NCBI GenBank assembly: GCA_003252295.1
Contig: QKEV01000007.1
Coordinates: 9,632-73,631, forward strand
Origin: a bacterium
Lineage (GTDB): Bacteria; Patescibacteriota; Minisyncoccia; Phycocordibacterales; UBA12088
Direction: 5' to 3'
DNA: 64,000 nt
Part shown: positions 49,160-58,938 of the stretch, in pieces
How the letters are laid out: each line of letters opens with the position of its first letter
Position numbering within the stretch: position 1 is the stretch's first letter
Position numbers and translations under genes: made by a program
Notes under the pieces: model-generated
Databases searched by the model: none
The model's input: the letters and a program-made list of their open reading frames with translations, nothing else
What the model was told of the DNA's origin: nothing

Positions 49160-49798
49160 CTACTGTGTGTAGAAATCAATAATTTGATTTGCTATTGCTT
49201 TATCGTCATCCATGGTAGGAAGTGCCCTGTTTTCATCGTAAAGACAGGTTTCTGGGTTCCATTGATCCTCACATGCGTAAAGTCGCGGGTTAAAGATCGA
49301 GTAAGTTACTACCACATCATCCTCAGAGAAGAAAACATACCCACTCCCCATGGTGAGCATAGCGCTAGTATCCTCATCCTCTTCCAGCTTTCTAAACGAA
49401 ACATATACATCATGGCCATTTTTGTTGTACTGTTCTGAAAGCCCAACTCGCGAAGGCGACTGGTAGCGTGCCCACGCCTTTTCTTTCAAAAGAGGCATAT
49501 CATCTTTATCAACGTTTTGCACAAGAACAGTTAGTGCTAACCTTCCTTGTTCATCATAGTATTGTCCCTGTGTAGAGGTGACCTCGAATGAAGCAGATTC
49601 CTCATCAGTAGGACCAATGGTTATGGTGTATGGTTCATCTACATCTTCACTAGATGTAAGCATCATGGTATATGATCCACTGAATGTCGGTCGTAAAAAT
49701 GCTGATAATGCACCCTCTTTTGGTATAAATGATTTTGCTAAAAAACCTACTAAGAGTAATGTAAGAACCGCAAGTGTGATAGCTACGATGTTTTTCAT
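49160..49798 (-). CDS. Hypothetical membrane-anchored protein
   Basis: 212 aa, N-terminal TM. Confidence 0.65.
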   Translation of the reverse strand: MKNIVAITLAVLTLLLVGFLAKSFIPKEGALSAFLRPTFSGSYTMMLTSSEDVDEPYTITIGPTDEESASFEVTSTQGQYYDEQGRLALTVLVQNVDKDDMPLLKEKAWARYQSPSRVGLSEQYNKNGHDVYVSFRKLEEDEDTSAMLTMGSGYVFFSEDDVVVTYSIFNPRLYACEDQWNPETCLYDENRALPTMDDDKAIANQIIDFYTQ

Positions 49799-49885
49799 AT
49801 GGAGTAATATACCACGAAATATGTTGATTTTTTATAAACCTTGTTGATATACATGGTATGCTAAGTATGATTAAAGAAAACAAAA

Positions 49886-50209
49886 ATGAGTACTATGATC
49901 TTAACAACTACTGAGTATGTGCCTGGAAGGGAGACCTCTGAGGTGCTTGGTATTGCACGTGGCAGTACGGTACGCGCTCGCAATATCGGAAGAGACATTA
50001 CCGCTATGTTCAAAAATATCGTTGGTGGTGAGTTGGATGAGTATACCAAGTTGCAAGCTGATGCACGTGAACAAGCGTTGCAAAGGATGGAGCTTGATGC
50101 TGTTAAACTCGGAGCTGATGCAGTACTAAACGTACGTATAACTACCTCTATTATCACACAGGGTGCAGCCGAAATTCTTGCATACGGCACTGCAGTTAAA
50201 CTTCGTTAG
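49886..50209 (+). CDS. YbjQ/UPF0145 family protein
   Basis: IVGGELDEY, LGADAVLNVR, EILAYGTAV. Confidence 0.92.
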   Translation: MSTMILTTTEYVPGRETSEVLGIARGSTVRARNIGRDITAMFKNIVGGELDEYTKLQADAREQALQRMELDAVKLGADAVLNVRITTSIITQGAAEILAYGTAVKLR

Positions 50210-50210
50210 T

Positions 50211-50321
50211 ATGTTTGTCGATATTATCCTTCTTGTAGCATTCCTTGCTGGAATTGCATACTTTTATCAAAAGAAAAAGAAAGTTGAGGATGAAGAAACA
50301 TTCGAAAAAAGGAGTAACTAG
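50211..50321 (+). CDS. 36-aa single-TM protein missing from the ORF track
   Basis: MFVDIILLVAFLAGIAYFYQKKKKVEDEETFEKRSN, 1 nt after the ybjQ-like stop. Confidence 0.65.
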   Translation: MFVDIILLVAFLAGIAYFYQKKKKVEDEETFEKRSN

Positions 50322-50359
50322 CGTTACTCCTTTTTCTTTGATCTTTATGTTGTTTGTAT

Positions 50360-51613
50360 TTAACGATTTGCAGTTCTGAATGATCGTATTGATCCAAGTT
50401 TTATAACATCATTTCCTTCACTATCTTCATATTCAACACCAATTGCGTAGTAGTGTGTCGTATACAAATCTAGACCTTCAAGTGTGTACTCGTATTCATC
50501 GTACTTATCAAGGTCATCATCAAGTAATACCTTTTGAAGATCATCTCCTCTTTCACGAATGTCGTCGTATTGCTCTTCGTAACGGACATCGTTAAGTTCG
50601 TCTCGATCCTCTCCGTATATCAGGAAGGTAATACCGTTCCTGTAATCATTCATGTCAACATAACCTGATATGGTTGCATTGTGTACCTCAACATCAGTTG
50701 CACTTCCTGTTGTGACAATTGGCTTTTCATCTTCTATATCACGTCTGGTGGTAAAGTATTTTGTCACACCATAAGTCTTCTCTCCATAGTCATCTTCTGC
50801 AACAGCCCGGAAGTAGTACTTCTCTTCATCACGAAGTCCCTGAATGGTGATTTCGACATTTCTACCGTCATCTTCATGTTGTACAACAGTTCGTGTGTCT
50901 TTATCTAGATCATCTTCATCATCACCATACTCAAACCATACGTACGCCACATCTTCCTTGTTGAAGGATATGGTTGCACGAAGTGTTGCCCTATTTTCAT
51001 CAATATTTGTTGCTGAAGAGGTGACAACATCGATTACTGCATCACTCTTTGTAATATCAATGCCGGTAGTAAATGATTTTATTGATCCGTAGCTAATGTT
51101 GCCATCCTCATCAATTGCCGCTGCGCGATAGTAGTATTTTGTTTCAGAATCAAGATCCTGTGCTTTTATGTTAAAGTTACCGTTTCCATCAACTGACTTT
51201 TTGAGAACATTAAGTATAACCCGTTCTGAAAGGTCGTATTTGCTGGTACCGTAATCAAACCATGGTCGTGCTCGGTCAGAACGGTTAAAGTCAATATCAC
51301 CTACAAGTCGTACACTTGTTGCACCAACATCTGTAGCAGTACGTGTGTCTACCTCTACTCGATTACTTACTGAAGTATTTTCAATTACAGAAATGCTTCT
51401 ACTGGTGGTATCTTCATCGATACCGTGTGCAATACGCCATGCTTCCATGTACGCTTTCACGTAACGTACATACTCAGTGTACGTAGCAAAGGTCCTTCCG
51501 TTATAGGTATAGCTTGCTGAAGTTACTGCAGGTACAGCCATAGAACAGAATAGGACTGAAATGATTGCTATTTGTGATAAATATTTTTTCATAAAATGGT
51601 TAATCTTTGTCAT
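50360..51613 (-). CDS. Secreted protein with three FN3-like repeats
   Basis: Three units V-x-T-x-x-ATDV...YG...YY...SFTT; signal peptide; start may be 51592. Confidence 0.8.
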   Translation of the reverse strand: MTKINHFMKKYLSQIAIISVLFCSMAVPAVTSASYTYNGRTFATYTEYVRYVKAYMEAWRIAHGIDEDTTSRSISVIENTSVSNRVEVDTRTATDVGATSVRLVGDIDFNRSDRARPWFDYGTSKYDLSERVILNVLKKSVDGNGNFNIKAQDLDSETKYYYRAAAIDEDGNISYGSIKSFTTGIDITKSDAVIDVVTSSATNIDENRATLRATISFNKEDVAYVWFEYGDDEDDLDKDTRTVVQHEDDGRNVEITIQGLRDEEKYYFRAVAEDDYGEKTYGVTKYFTTRRDIEDEKPIVTTGSATDVEVHNATISGYVDMNDYRNGITFLIYGEDRDELNDVRYEEQYDDIRERGDDLQKVLLDDDLDKYDEYEYTLEGLDLYTTHYYAIGVEYEDSEGNDVIKLGSIRSFRTANR

Positions 51614-51746
51614 GTTATCTTTATATAATACTACAAATATGCATATATGTCAATGTGAAAGAGTGATACAGATCGTTGCGTAGTAACTAAGGCAGGTTAA
51701 GGTACAAATCATTACATATCTGCATTTACACAACTAACATATAAAC

Positions 51747-52307
51747 ATGAAAAGAATTATTAAACTTTCAGGTGCATCACTTGCCCTACTCTTCTTTTTA
51801 GCAGCATCAGCAACTACCGCAGAAGCATACGTTGAGCAAACTGCGCAGCGAGCTATTGAAAATGCTGGGCGTGCAAGTCAAGGTATGCAAGGTGGTGGCT
51901 TTGTACATATAGGAGGATTACTAACAAAAGGAGAGATTGATACGTATCGCAAAAGAAAAAAGAGTGAATTGGATGAAATGACTGATGAGGAACGTGCTGA
52001 GTACTTCAAAGATCAGGAAGCAATGCGTGATGCTATTCGGGATGAACAAGCTGCCGCTTTTGAGGATTTTCTTGGTATAGACAAAGATGAGTTGCGCGAG
52101 CTTCGCAGAGACGGTGTAACACTTACAGAAATATTGGAAGAACAAGATATTACGGAGACTGAAGCAGAAGAGTTTTTAACTGAACGAGCTGAAGATAAGA
52201 TTGATTACTTGACTGAACAGTATGATTTGAGTGATGTTGAAATAGACGCACTGCTTGAACGAGTTGATGATCATGTAGCAGAGGTTCTTGACCATTGGTA
52301 CAACTAG
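51747..52307 (+). CDS. Secreted acidic helical protein
   Basis: Signal peptide ending AEA; LGIDKDEL...GVTLTEI. Confidence 0.7.
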   Translation: MKRIIKLSGASLALLFFLAASATTAEAYVEQTAQRAIENAGRASQGMQGGGFVHIGGLLTKGEIDTYRKRKKSELDEMTDEERAEYFKDQEAMRDAIRDEQAAAFEDFLGIDKDELRELRRDGVTLTEILEEQDITETEAEEFLTERAEDKIDYLTEQYDLSDVEIDALLERVDDHVAEVLDHWYN

Positions 52308-52372
52308 GTAACATTAGATATAAAGACCTGTATAGAATTTGTACAGGTCTTTATGTATTTAAGTACGTATAC

Positions 52373-52594
52373 TTAAAAAGTAGCAATGATATGAAGACGA
52401 GCAAGTGCTATACCAAGCCAGATGACAAGTACAAGGTAGTAGGCAGTCCATCCTTTTGTGATAGGTAAAAAGCTGCCAAAGATGGTGTACCGCTTGTTGA
52501 GTATAGTGCCATAGCCACTCCAAGCGATGAGGTTTGCAACAATAGCATCTACGAGTACGAGGTAGTACAAAATTGTTTCAAGTGTGAATTCCAT
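52373..52594 (-). CDS. Small two-TM protein
   Basis: MEFTLETILYYLVLVDA...LPITKGW. Confidence 0.65.
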   Translation of the reverse strand: MEFTLETILYYLVLVDAIVANLIAWSGYGTILNKRYTIFGSFLPITKGWTAYYLVLVIWLGIALARLHIIATF

Positions 52595-52720
52595 ATTTAA
52601 ATATATATTTAAATACGTATTAAAATATATATTTAGCAAAGCATACTTAGCTCATCTTGAGAAGTAGGTGCTGTGTACAGTTAGAGCGCCCAGTATAGCC
52701 TATAACGGTATACTTTATAC

Positions 52721-53989
52721 ATGACACTTCGCTCACTACGCGTTGGTTTTTTCCTTGCACTGCGGTACCTAAAGCGTAGCTCTCTTTGGACCTCACTTTT
52801 GGTCATGGTGATTATGCTTCTTACATTTCTCAATGTAGTCGTAGTGCGTGGTGTACTCGTGGGACTCCCCGTGGGTGCTACTGCTACGTATGCGAGAGAG
52901 TATGCGGGTGATATTCTCATTACTGCATTGCCGGATCAGCGTCACATTGACCGGTCAGTCCTAGTAGCAAATACACTTAGTTCACTTTCCGGTTTCAAGG
53001 CTTATACAGGCAGGTATCTCACCGCAGCAACAGTGCATGCCAACTTTCAGGAGTTGCCAAAAACAGGACACCTTGCTGATACAGTAACGGTAACTGCTGT
53101 TGGTGTAGTACCTGAAGATGAAGATACAGTAACAAATATTAGTGGACTTATGGCTGAAGGAAGGTTTCTCACTGATACAGATCTTAAAGGGGTTGTGATG
53201 GGAGATCAGCTTTTAGAGCAGTATGCAGGAGGTGGCCCTGAGTCAGGTGGTACCCCTGAAACGTCAGGGACACTTGAGAATGTACATCCTGGAACAAAGG
53301 TGCGTATTACCATAAATGGTATCACAGGTGAGTACACGGTTGTTGGGGTACTTGATGGTAAGGTGGGAGAAAATGCACGCAGAATCTTTATGCATGAACA
53401 GCAGCTTCGCAGTATTTTGAATCGCAGTGAGGATAAAAAAGATGAGATTGCTGTACGGCTCAAAGATGGTGTCGATAATGTTGCTTGGCGTGATGCATTC
53501 AAGAATTTGGGTATGGTGAACTATGCAACCATACAGGTACCCGGTGAGGCACAGGGACACTTCCTTGATGAGGTGACACAAACCTTTAGTCTCCTAGGCG
53601 ACGGTGTTGGTTTTGTTGGTGTTGTGGTTGCCGCTATTACGGTCTTCATTATGATCTTTGTTATTGCGCTCAATAGGCAAAAAGAGATTGGCATTTTGAA
53701 AGGTATAGGTATAAATCGTTTAGCTATACAGTCATCGTATGTTTTCCTTGCACTGTTTTATGCAACAGTAGGTATCTGTCTTGGTATCTTATTGCTCTAT
53801 TTTGTAATTGCACCATACATTGCAGTGCATCCAATCGACTTCCCTTTTTCAGATGGTGTGCTCGTTGCTCCTCTGTTTGACACCTTGATTCGTTCACTTG
53901 TACTCATTGTCACTACGCTTTTTGCAGGGTACTTGCCCGCCCGAATGATAGTGCAGAAAAATACCATTAATGCAATTTTGGGACGTTAG
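52721..53989 (+). CDS. ABC transporter permease, FtsX/MacB family
   Basis: TM1, large extracytoplasmic domain, RQKEIGILKGIG, YLPAR. Confidence 0.9.
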   Translation: MTLRSLRVGFFLALRYLKRSSLWTSLLVMVIMLLTFLNVVVVRGVLVGLPVGATATYAREYAGDILITALPDQRHIDRSVLVANTLSSLSGFKAYTGRYLTAATVHANFQELPKTGHLADTVTVTAVGVVPEDEDTVTNISGLMAEGRFLTDTDLKGVVMGDQLLEQYAGGGPESGGTPETSGTLENVHPGTKVRITINGITGEYTVVGVLDGKVGENARRIFMHEQQLRSILNRSEDKKDEIAVRLKDGVDNVAWRDAFKNLGMVNYATIQVPGEAQGHFLDEVTQTFSLLGDGVGFVGVVVAAITVFIMIFVIALNRQKEIGILKGIGINRLAIQSSYVFLALFYATVGICLGILLLYFVIAPYIAVHPIDFPFSDGVLVAPLFDTLIRSLVLIVTTLFAGYLPARMIVQKNTINAILGR

Positions 53990-53990
53990 T

Positions 53991-54662
53991 ATGGATAAAC
54001 CAATTATACAAACAGTTGATCTTGTAAAACGATACCAGGTAGGTGAAGTGGTAACTAAGGCAGTGAACGGTGTTTCCATAGAGGTGTACAAAGGTGAGTT
54101 TGTTGCTATAGACGGTAAGTCCGGTTCAGGAAAGAGTACCCTTCTCCATCTGCTTAGTCTGCTCGATAGACCCACATCTGGGCAGGTACTGGTAAATGGT
54201 GACGATACGGCGCACTACAGTCGCCCACGGCGTGTGGATATACGTCTCAATAGGTTTGGGTACGTGTTTCAGGATTATGCACTCATACCGGAGCTTACAG
54301 CGCTTGAGAACGTCATGTTGCCATACTTTATGGACACCGGATGCCTCCATGATTGTCTGCATATCGGAGAAGGTTTGCTTGAACGTGTGGGTTTGAAGAA
54401 TCGACTTCATAACCGTCCAGCGCAGCTCTCTGGAGGCGAACAGCAGCGTGTTTCTATTGCCCGAGCACTTGTGAACAAACCTGAGGTTTTTTTTGCTGAT
54501 GAGCCAACAGCAAATCTTGATTCAGATACCAGTGAGACCATTATCAGTATCATCGAGGAGTTGCATCAGCAAGGAATCACCGTCCTCATGGTGACTCATG
54601 AGCCACAGTTTGCACAACGTGCTGAGCGCATCATTACCATGTCTGACGGTAGAGTTGTGTAA
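53991..54662 (+). CDS. ABC transporter ATP-binding protein, LolD/MacB type
   Basis: GKSGSGKS, LSGGEQQRV, ADEPTANLD, VTHE. Confidence 0.95.
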   Translation: MDKPIIQTVDLVKRYQVGEVVTKAVNGVSIEVYKGEFVAIDGKSGSGKSTLLHLLSLLDRPTSGQVLVNGDDTAHYSRPRRVDIRLNRFGYVFQDYALIPELTALENVMLPYFMDTGCLHDCLHIGEGLLERVGLKNRLHNRPAQLSGGEQQRVSIARALVNKPEVFFADEPTANLDSDTSETIISIIEELHQQGITVLMVTHEPQFAQRAERIITMSDGRVV

Positions 54663-54741
54663 GAATTATGTAATACCGACGTCATCGATAGTGATGGAAC
54701 GACATCAGCTACAAAAGAATATTTGTACACCAGCCATTTTT

Positions 54742-54879
54742 ATGGATGGTTTTTCTGCGTTCGTAATGATTGGGAACCAGAAAACCCTTTTGTTTAGCCA
54801 TGATGTCTTAACTACCTAAAGTTTACAAACATTCATTTCTTGAGACCTCTCGGCTAAACAAAAGCCGAGATTTTGTTTT
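54742..54879 (+). promoter_or_regulatory. Putative transcription attenuator with 25-aa leader ORF
   Basis: Antiterminator arms 54787-54799 / 54852-54864 compete with terminator 54848-54870 plus U-tract. Confidence 0.6.
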
Positions 54880-54914
54880 AGTACGTTCTTTGAAAATTCA
54901 AAAAGGAGAAAGAA

Positions 54915-56150
54915 ATGGATAGTCTAAAGAGGAAACGGTTAGAAAGGAATATTCGGTTGTACTACTTGTATGAAATACTCATTGACCCTTGGTTCTTTGG
55001 TGTGGTGCTTATATCTTCGCTGCAACAACTAGCAGGAATGACCCTAAGTCAGATCTTTTTTATGGAGTCAGTTGTCATGCTGATCTATACGGGTACAGAA
55101 ATACCATCAGGTGCTTTCGCTGATTACGTAGGAAGAAAGTATGCAATACTGATCGGTGCTATTTTTGTAACGATTGGCATGTGTTGGTTTGCAACAATGG
55201 ACTCTTTGGTTGATGCTTGGATCGGAAATATTATTTTTTCGTGCGGTCTTTCAATGTGTTCAGGGGCGGATAGGGCATTCATTAGTGATACTCTTCATAT
55301 GTTAGGTAGAGGGTCAGAACTCACAAAGATCCAAGGAAGAGCAAATGGGATTGGATTATTTGTAATTGCATGGACCTCGCTTGTCGGTGGCTTTTTAGCT
55401 GAGGTGAGTATGCGTTTACCATTATATCTTTCAATACCATGCTTGGTAATGTCGATTATTTGTATCAGTTTCTTTACAGAACCAAAAAAACTGGACAGTA
55501 TCAGTGTGGTAAATCAGAGGGTAAGGAAGCATGTATTTATAGTTGTTCTTCAAACATGCATTGGTGTATGGAGGTTGATGATCAAGAGTCTTTTCTTTGT
55601 TGCAAATAACAAGAAGGTAAAGTGGATCATTGGTTTTTTTACACTACTGACAGTTTCTTCTAAGATATGGTTCTATAACTATAATCCCTATTTTGAACTC
55701 GTGGGATTAGAGTATCGCTACTTCGGTGTTCTATTTTGTACTCTAAATCTTGTTGCGTGTTCAGCAAGTTTTTTTGCACATAAGGTACAAAACTTACTGA
55801 AAGAGAAACATGTACTCATTCTACTGCTTTGTATTATCTGCATCCCAATTATTTTAATGGGACTTATGGTGAGCAAAGTAATGACTAGTTTGATACTGTT
55901 TCAAAACGTTGCAAGAGGACTCATGGGGCCGTTACATATCAGCATGATCGATATTCATTTGACACCTGAGAATAAAGCAACGGTACAATCTATCAGTACA
56001 GCAACACGTGGTGTTGCTGAGTGCATAGTAATGGCACTCTATGGCATTACGCTTAGTAATCTTGGGGTGAGTTCTTCTCTTGTAGTACTCGGTGTCACTA
56101 CATTGTTGCTTGGTGTAGTAAGTATACACAAGTACAAAAGTTATTTTTGA
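54915..56150 (+). CDS. MFS transporter
   Basis: About 12 TM, EIPSGAFADYVGRK motif A, SGADRA. Confidence 0.88.
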   Translation: MDSLKRKRLERNIRLYYLYEILIDPWFFGVVLISSLQQLAGMTLSQIFFMESVVMLIYTGTEIPSGAFADYVGRKYAILIGAIFVTIGMCWFATMDSLVDAWIGNIIFSCGLSMCSGADRAFISDTLHMLGRGSELTKIQGRANGIGLFVIAWTSLVGGFLAEVSMRLPLYLSIPCLVMSIICISFFTEPKKLDSISVVNQRVRKHVFIVVLQTCIGVWRLMIKSLFFVANNKKVKWIIGFFTLLTVSSKIWFYNYNPYFELVGLEYRYFGVLFCTLNLVACSASFFAHKVQNLLKEKHVLILLLCIICIPIILMGLMVSKVMTSLILFQNVARGLMGPLHISMIDIHLTPENKATVQSISTATRGVAECIVMALYGITLSNLGVSSSLVVLGVTTLLLGVVSIHKYKSYF

Positions 56151-56220
56151 AAATATCTCGGCGTTTAGTAAAAAGAGTGGTCAGGTGACCACTCTTTTGT
56201 TTTTTCTATAGTAGTATTTG

Positions 56221-57120
56221 TTACTTACCAAGTAACGTTATCGTATTTTCAATACCTTTCAAATTCTTTTCCCACTCTAGTGTTTCGTGAGTAGCAAGCT
56301 CAACAGTGATTGCTGGTATGCCAATACTTGCAAGCCATCCTTCCGCATCACCAGTTACTGGATAGGCATCAAAAGTTGCAACTGACTTGTACCCTGCTGC
56401 AGTCGCATACGAGTTCATGAGGTCAATGGTGCCTGGGAGTATGCCGTTTTCACATTCTGAAGCATAAACAGCGTTTGATTGACTGTGCCAAAAGATAACA
56501 CCATCTGGTTGGTAGGTTTCCACGTATCCCTTAAGCGCAAGTGCTTCAGGTTCTGAAAACGCACTCGTACCAGCACTTACTTCGTTACCCCTCCAGGTAC
56601 TTTTCGGTTGCCACTTACAAGCAAAGTTCCTGTTGAGGTCAACATTGTTTGCATTGAAGCGCCCTGTTCCTATTGTTTGATCTTCATAGAGTACATCTGT
56701 TTGCGTAAACCTACCCTCTTTGTGCGTCACCATGTAGACACCATCTGGATTGAGTACCGGTATGATTGATACAGTCACGTTGTCTGGCAGTTCATTGATG
56801 TGTAATTCAAGGTAGTCCATGTAGTCGTACGCAAGCAGTGCGCTGTTCCACTCGTAACCACCGTGAATAGCTCCTACAAAGAGAATATGCCGTTCACCGG
56901 TACCATACTCGTATGCTGTAATAGGTCTTCCTTCTACTGACTGTCCAATCGTGGTGATACGAGTCTTTTCTAGTGCTGGTATTTCATCAACTACTACTGG
57001 TGTAAGCTCAACTGTTTCCGGGAGAGGTTTAGTCTTTAGAAACAATTGGAACATAGCAAATCCGAGAGCAATAATTACACCAATTGCTACCAATATATGT
57101 GCTTTTTTCAACCCCATCAT
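56221..57120 (-). CDS. M14 zinc carboxypeptidase, active-site residues intact
   Basis: IHGGYE, NPDG, DLNRNF, SEPE, FWHS, ITVEL. Confidence 0.88.
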   Translation of the reverse strand: MMGLKKAHILVAIGVIIALGFAMFQLFLKTKPLPETVELTPVVVDEIPALEKTRITTIGQSVEGRPITAYEYGTGERHILFVGAIHGGYEWNSALLAYDYMDYLELHINELPDNVTVSIIPVLNPDGVYMVTHKEGRFTQTDVLYEDQTIGTGRFNANNVDLNRNFACKWQPKSTWRGNEVSAGTSAFSEPEALALKGYVETYQPDGVIFWHSQSNAVYASECENGILPGTIDLMNSYATAAGYKSVATFDAYPVTGDAEGWLASIGIPAITVELATHETLEWEKNLKGIENTITLLGK

Positions 57121-58052
57121 TACTGCTGTGCGTAGAGGTTAATAAGTGCATCTACACCCGCCTTATTCTTTGACCATTCAGTATCGGTGTGGTTTGTGAG
57201 CAACACACTAATTGCAGGAGTGCCTTGTTTAGCGAGCCAGTTTGTTATGTCACCGGTTGTAACATAAAAGTCAAACTCGTCAAACGCAGGGTAACCGGAT
57301 GCATTTGCGTACGTGTTGAGTATTGTTTCTGTGCCTGAAAGTACGCCATTGTGACAGTTAGAAGCGTACACACCACCAGCTGAGCTGAAGTATGCCACCA
57401 CTGCTACTGGATCAGTGTTTACTATGTAGTCTGCAACAGCTTTTGCTTCCGGCTCTGAAAGGATAGCTGTACCTGCATCAACAGTTTTATCTTGCCAGAT
57501 ACCCGTACTCTGCCAATCACAGTCAAAGTTTCTATTTATATCAACATTGTCACCGTTAAAGCGTCCAGGTACTGTTGCTGCTGCATCAGTCGGAACATCA
57601 CTCTGTGAGAAACGTTCTGTAGTACCAACCACTTCCTTGAGACCATCTGGGTTGAGTACAGGAACAACTGTAACTTTTATGTTTTCAGGTATAACGTCAG
57701 GATTTGCATCAAGGTAATCCATGAGTTGGTATGAGAGAAGAATAGTGTTCCATTCATAACCACCATGCATGCCTCCAATGAAGAGTAATTCAGTGTCACC
57801 CGTGCCATAGTGGTACGCAGTTATCGGGTAGCCGTTAACAGAGTAACCGATGATGGTTGTTTTGCTCTGCACTGGTGCTGGATCGCCGACTGGTATCTCA
57901 ACTACAGGCTCAGGGTCACTGAGTGGCTGTGCACCACCCAAAAGTGTGCCATCATCCTGTTGGCTCACCGTGGCAGTGTCTTTAATAAAAAATAGGTAGT
58001 AGCCTCCTCCAATAGCTAAAAGTACTATGAGGGCAAATATAATTTTCTTCAT
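57120..58052 (-). CDS. M14 carboxypeptidase paralog, probably inactive
   Basis: MHGGYE, NPDG, DINRNF, but AYFS and ISVLL. Confidence 0.85.
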   Translation of the reverse strand: MKKIIFALIVLLAIGGGYYLFFIKDTATVSQQDDGTLLGGAQPLSDPEPVVEIPVGDPAPVQSKTTIIGYSVNGYPITAYHYGTGDTELLFIGGMHGGYEWNTILLSYQLMDYLDANPDVIPENIKVTVVPVLNPDGLKEVVGTTERFSQSDVPTDAAATVPGRFNGDNVDINRNFDCDWQSTGIWQDKTVDAGTAILSEPEAKAVADYIVNTDPVAVVAYFSSAGGVYASNCHNGVLSGTETILNTYANASGYPAFDEFDFYVTTGDITNWLAKQGTPAISVLLTNHTDTEWSKNKAGVDALINLYAQQ

Positions 58053-58095
58053 ACGCTATAAGTATACGCGGTCAAAATAGCGAATGCAAAGAGGG

Positions 58096-58302
58096 CTATA
58101 CAATACTGTTCAGGGTGTCGAGGTAGGTATTGAAAACCATTGGTGCAATAAACATGATGGCTATGAGTGGTAGCACAAAGGTGATCACTGTTGCCCATAG
58201 CATTATTTGGAAGTATCTCCTTGTCTTCTCAACAGAAGTGTAAATCTCTTTGAGGATCTTATCCTGCTCCTCGATTTTCTTATGTAGTTCTTCAATTTCC
58301 AT
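58096..58302 (-). CDS. Small coiled-coil plus TM protein
   Basis: IYTSVEKTRRYF followed by a hydrophobic helix. Confidence 0.7.
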   Translation of the reverse strand: MEIEELHKKIEEQDKILKEIYTSVEKTRRYFQIMLWATVITFVLPLIAIMFIAPMVFNTYLDTLNSIV

Positions 58303-58363
58303 ATGTGTTTGTATTATACTCCCATAGACCCAATGTAAAACCGCCCTCTACTACCAAGGGCGG

Positions 58364-58783
58364 TTACTCTTTCTTGCTTGCCGCAAGATGTTTATTTACT
58401 ACACCAAGGTTTGCAGGTGTTTCCTCGACCATGTATCGCATGACATCAGGCATTTTGGGGTTTATTTTCGTCAGGTAGCGCATCCAATCACATAAATGCT
58501 GTGTTTGCATGATTATATGCTTACGACGAAACGCTTCATACACAAACATGTTTGGTGCATTTTCTATACGTTCACTCAAGTCCGGTGTCATCGTATCAGC
58601 ACCGACAAACATATGTATCTGCTCTACAAAATAGTGATGTTTAACTTTTTCTTTAATCATTTCTCTCAGACGTTTGATCTCAGAATATGCCTCCTCGTTA
58701 TTTTGTATTGAGACTATATGACAATATATCTTTTTTATTTTGATTTCGTCTTCAATTCTTTTTGTGTCTTTCTCATTGTTCAC
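58364..58783 (-). CDS. Hypothetical protein
   Basis: 139 aa, GTG start after a G-run, small hairpin downstream. Confidence 0.55.
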   Translation of the reverse strand: MNNEKDTKRIEDEIKIKKIYCHIVSIQNNEEAYSEIKRLREMIKEKVKHHYFVEQIHMFVGADTMTPDLSERIENAPNMFVYEAFRRKHIIMQTQHLCDWMRYLTKINPKMPDVMRYMVEETPANLGVVNKHLAASKKE

Positions 58784-58880
58784 CTGAACCCCCTTTTTTG
58801 TAGTTTTCTAAAAAAATAGTACAACATTATTTAAATATGGCAAGTGTATACCCAGATGTGTAGATAATGTATTGCAAATA

Positions 58881-58910
58881 GTAAAAGCAGTCACATGTGA
58901 CTGCTTTTAC
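58881..58910. terminator. Terminator-like perfect palindrome
   Basis: GTAAAAGCAGTCACATGTGACTGCTTTTAC downstream of the transporter gene. Confidence 0.65.
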
Positions 58911-58938
58911 TGCTACTGTTTTGTGTATGAAGAAGTAC

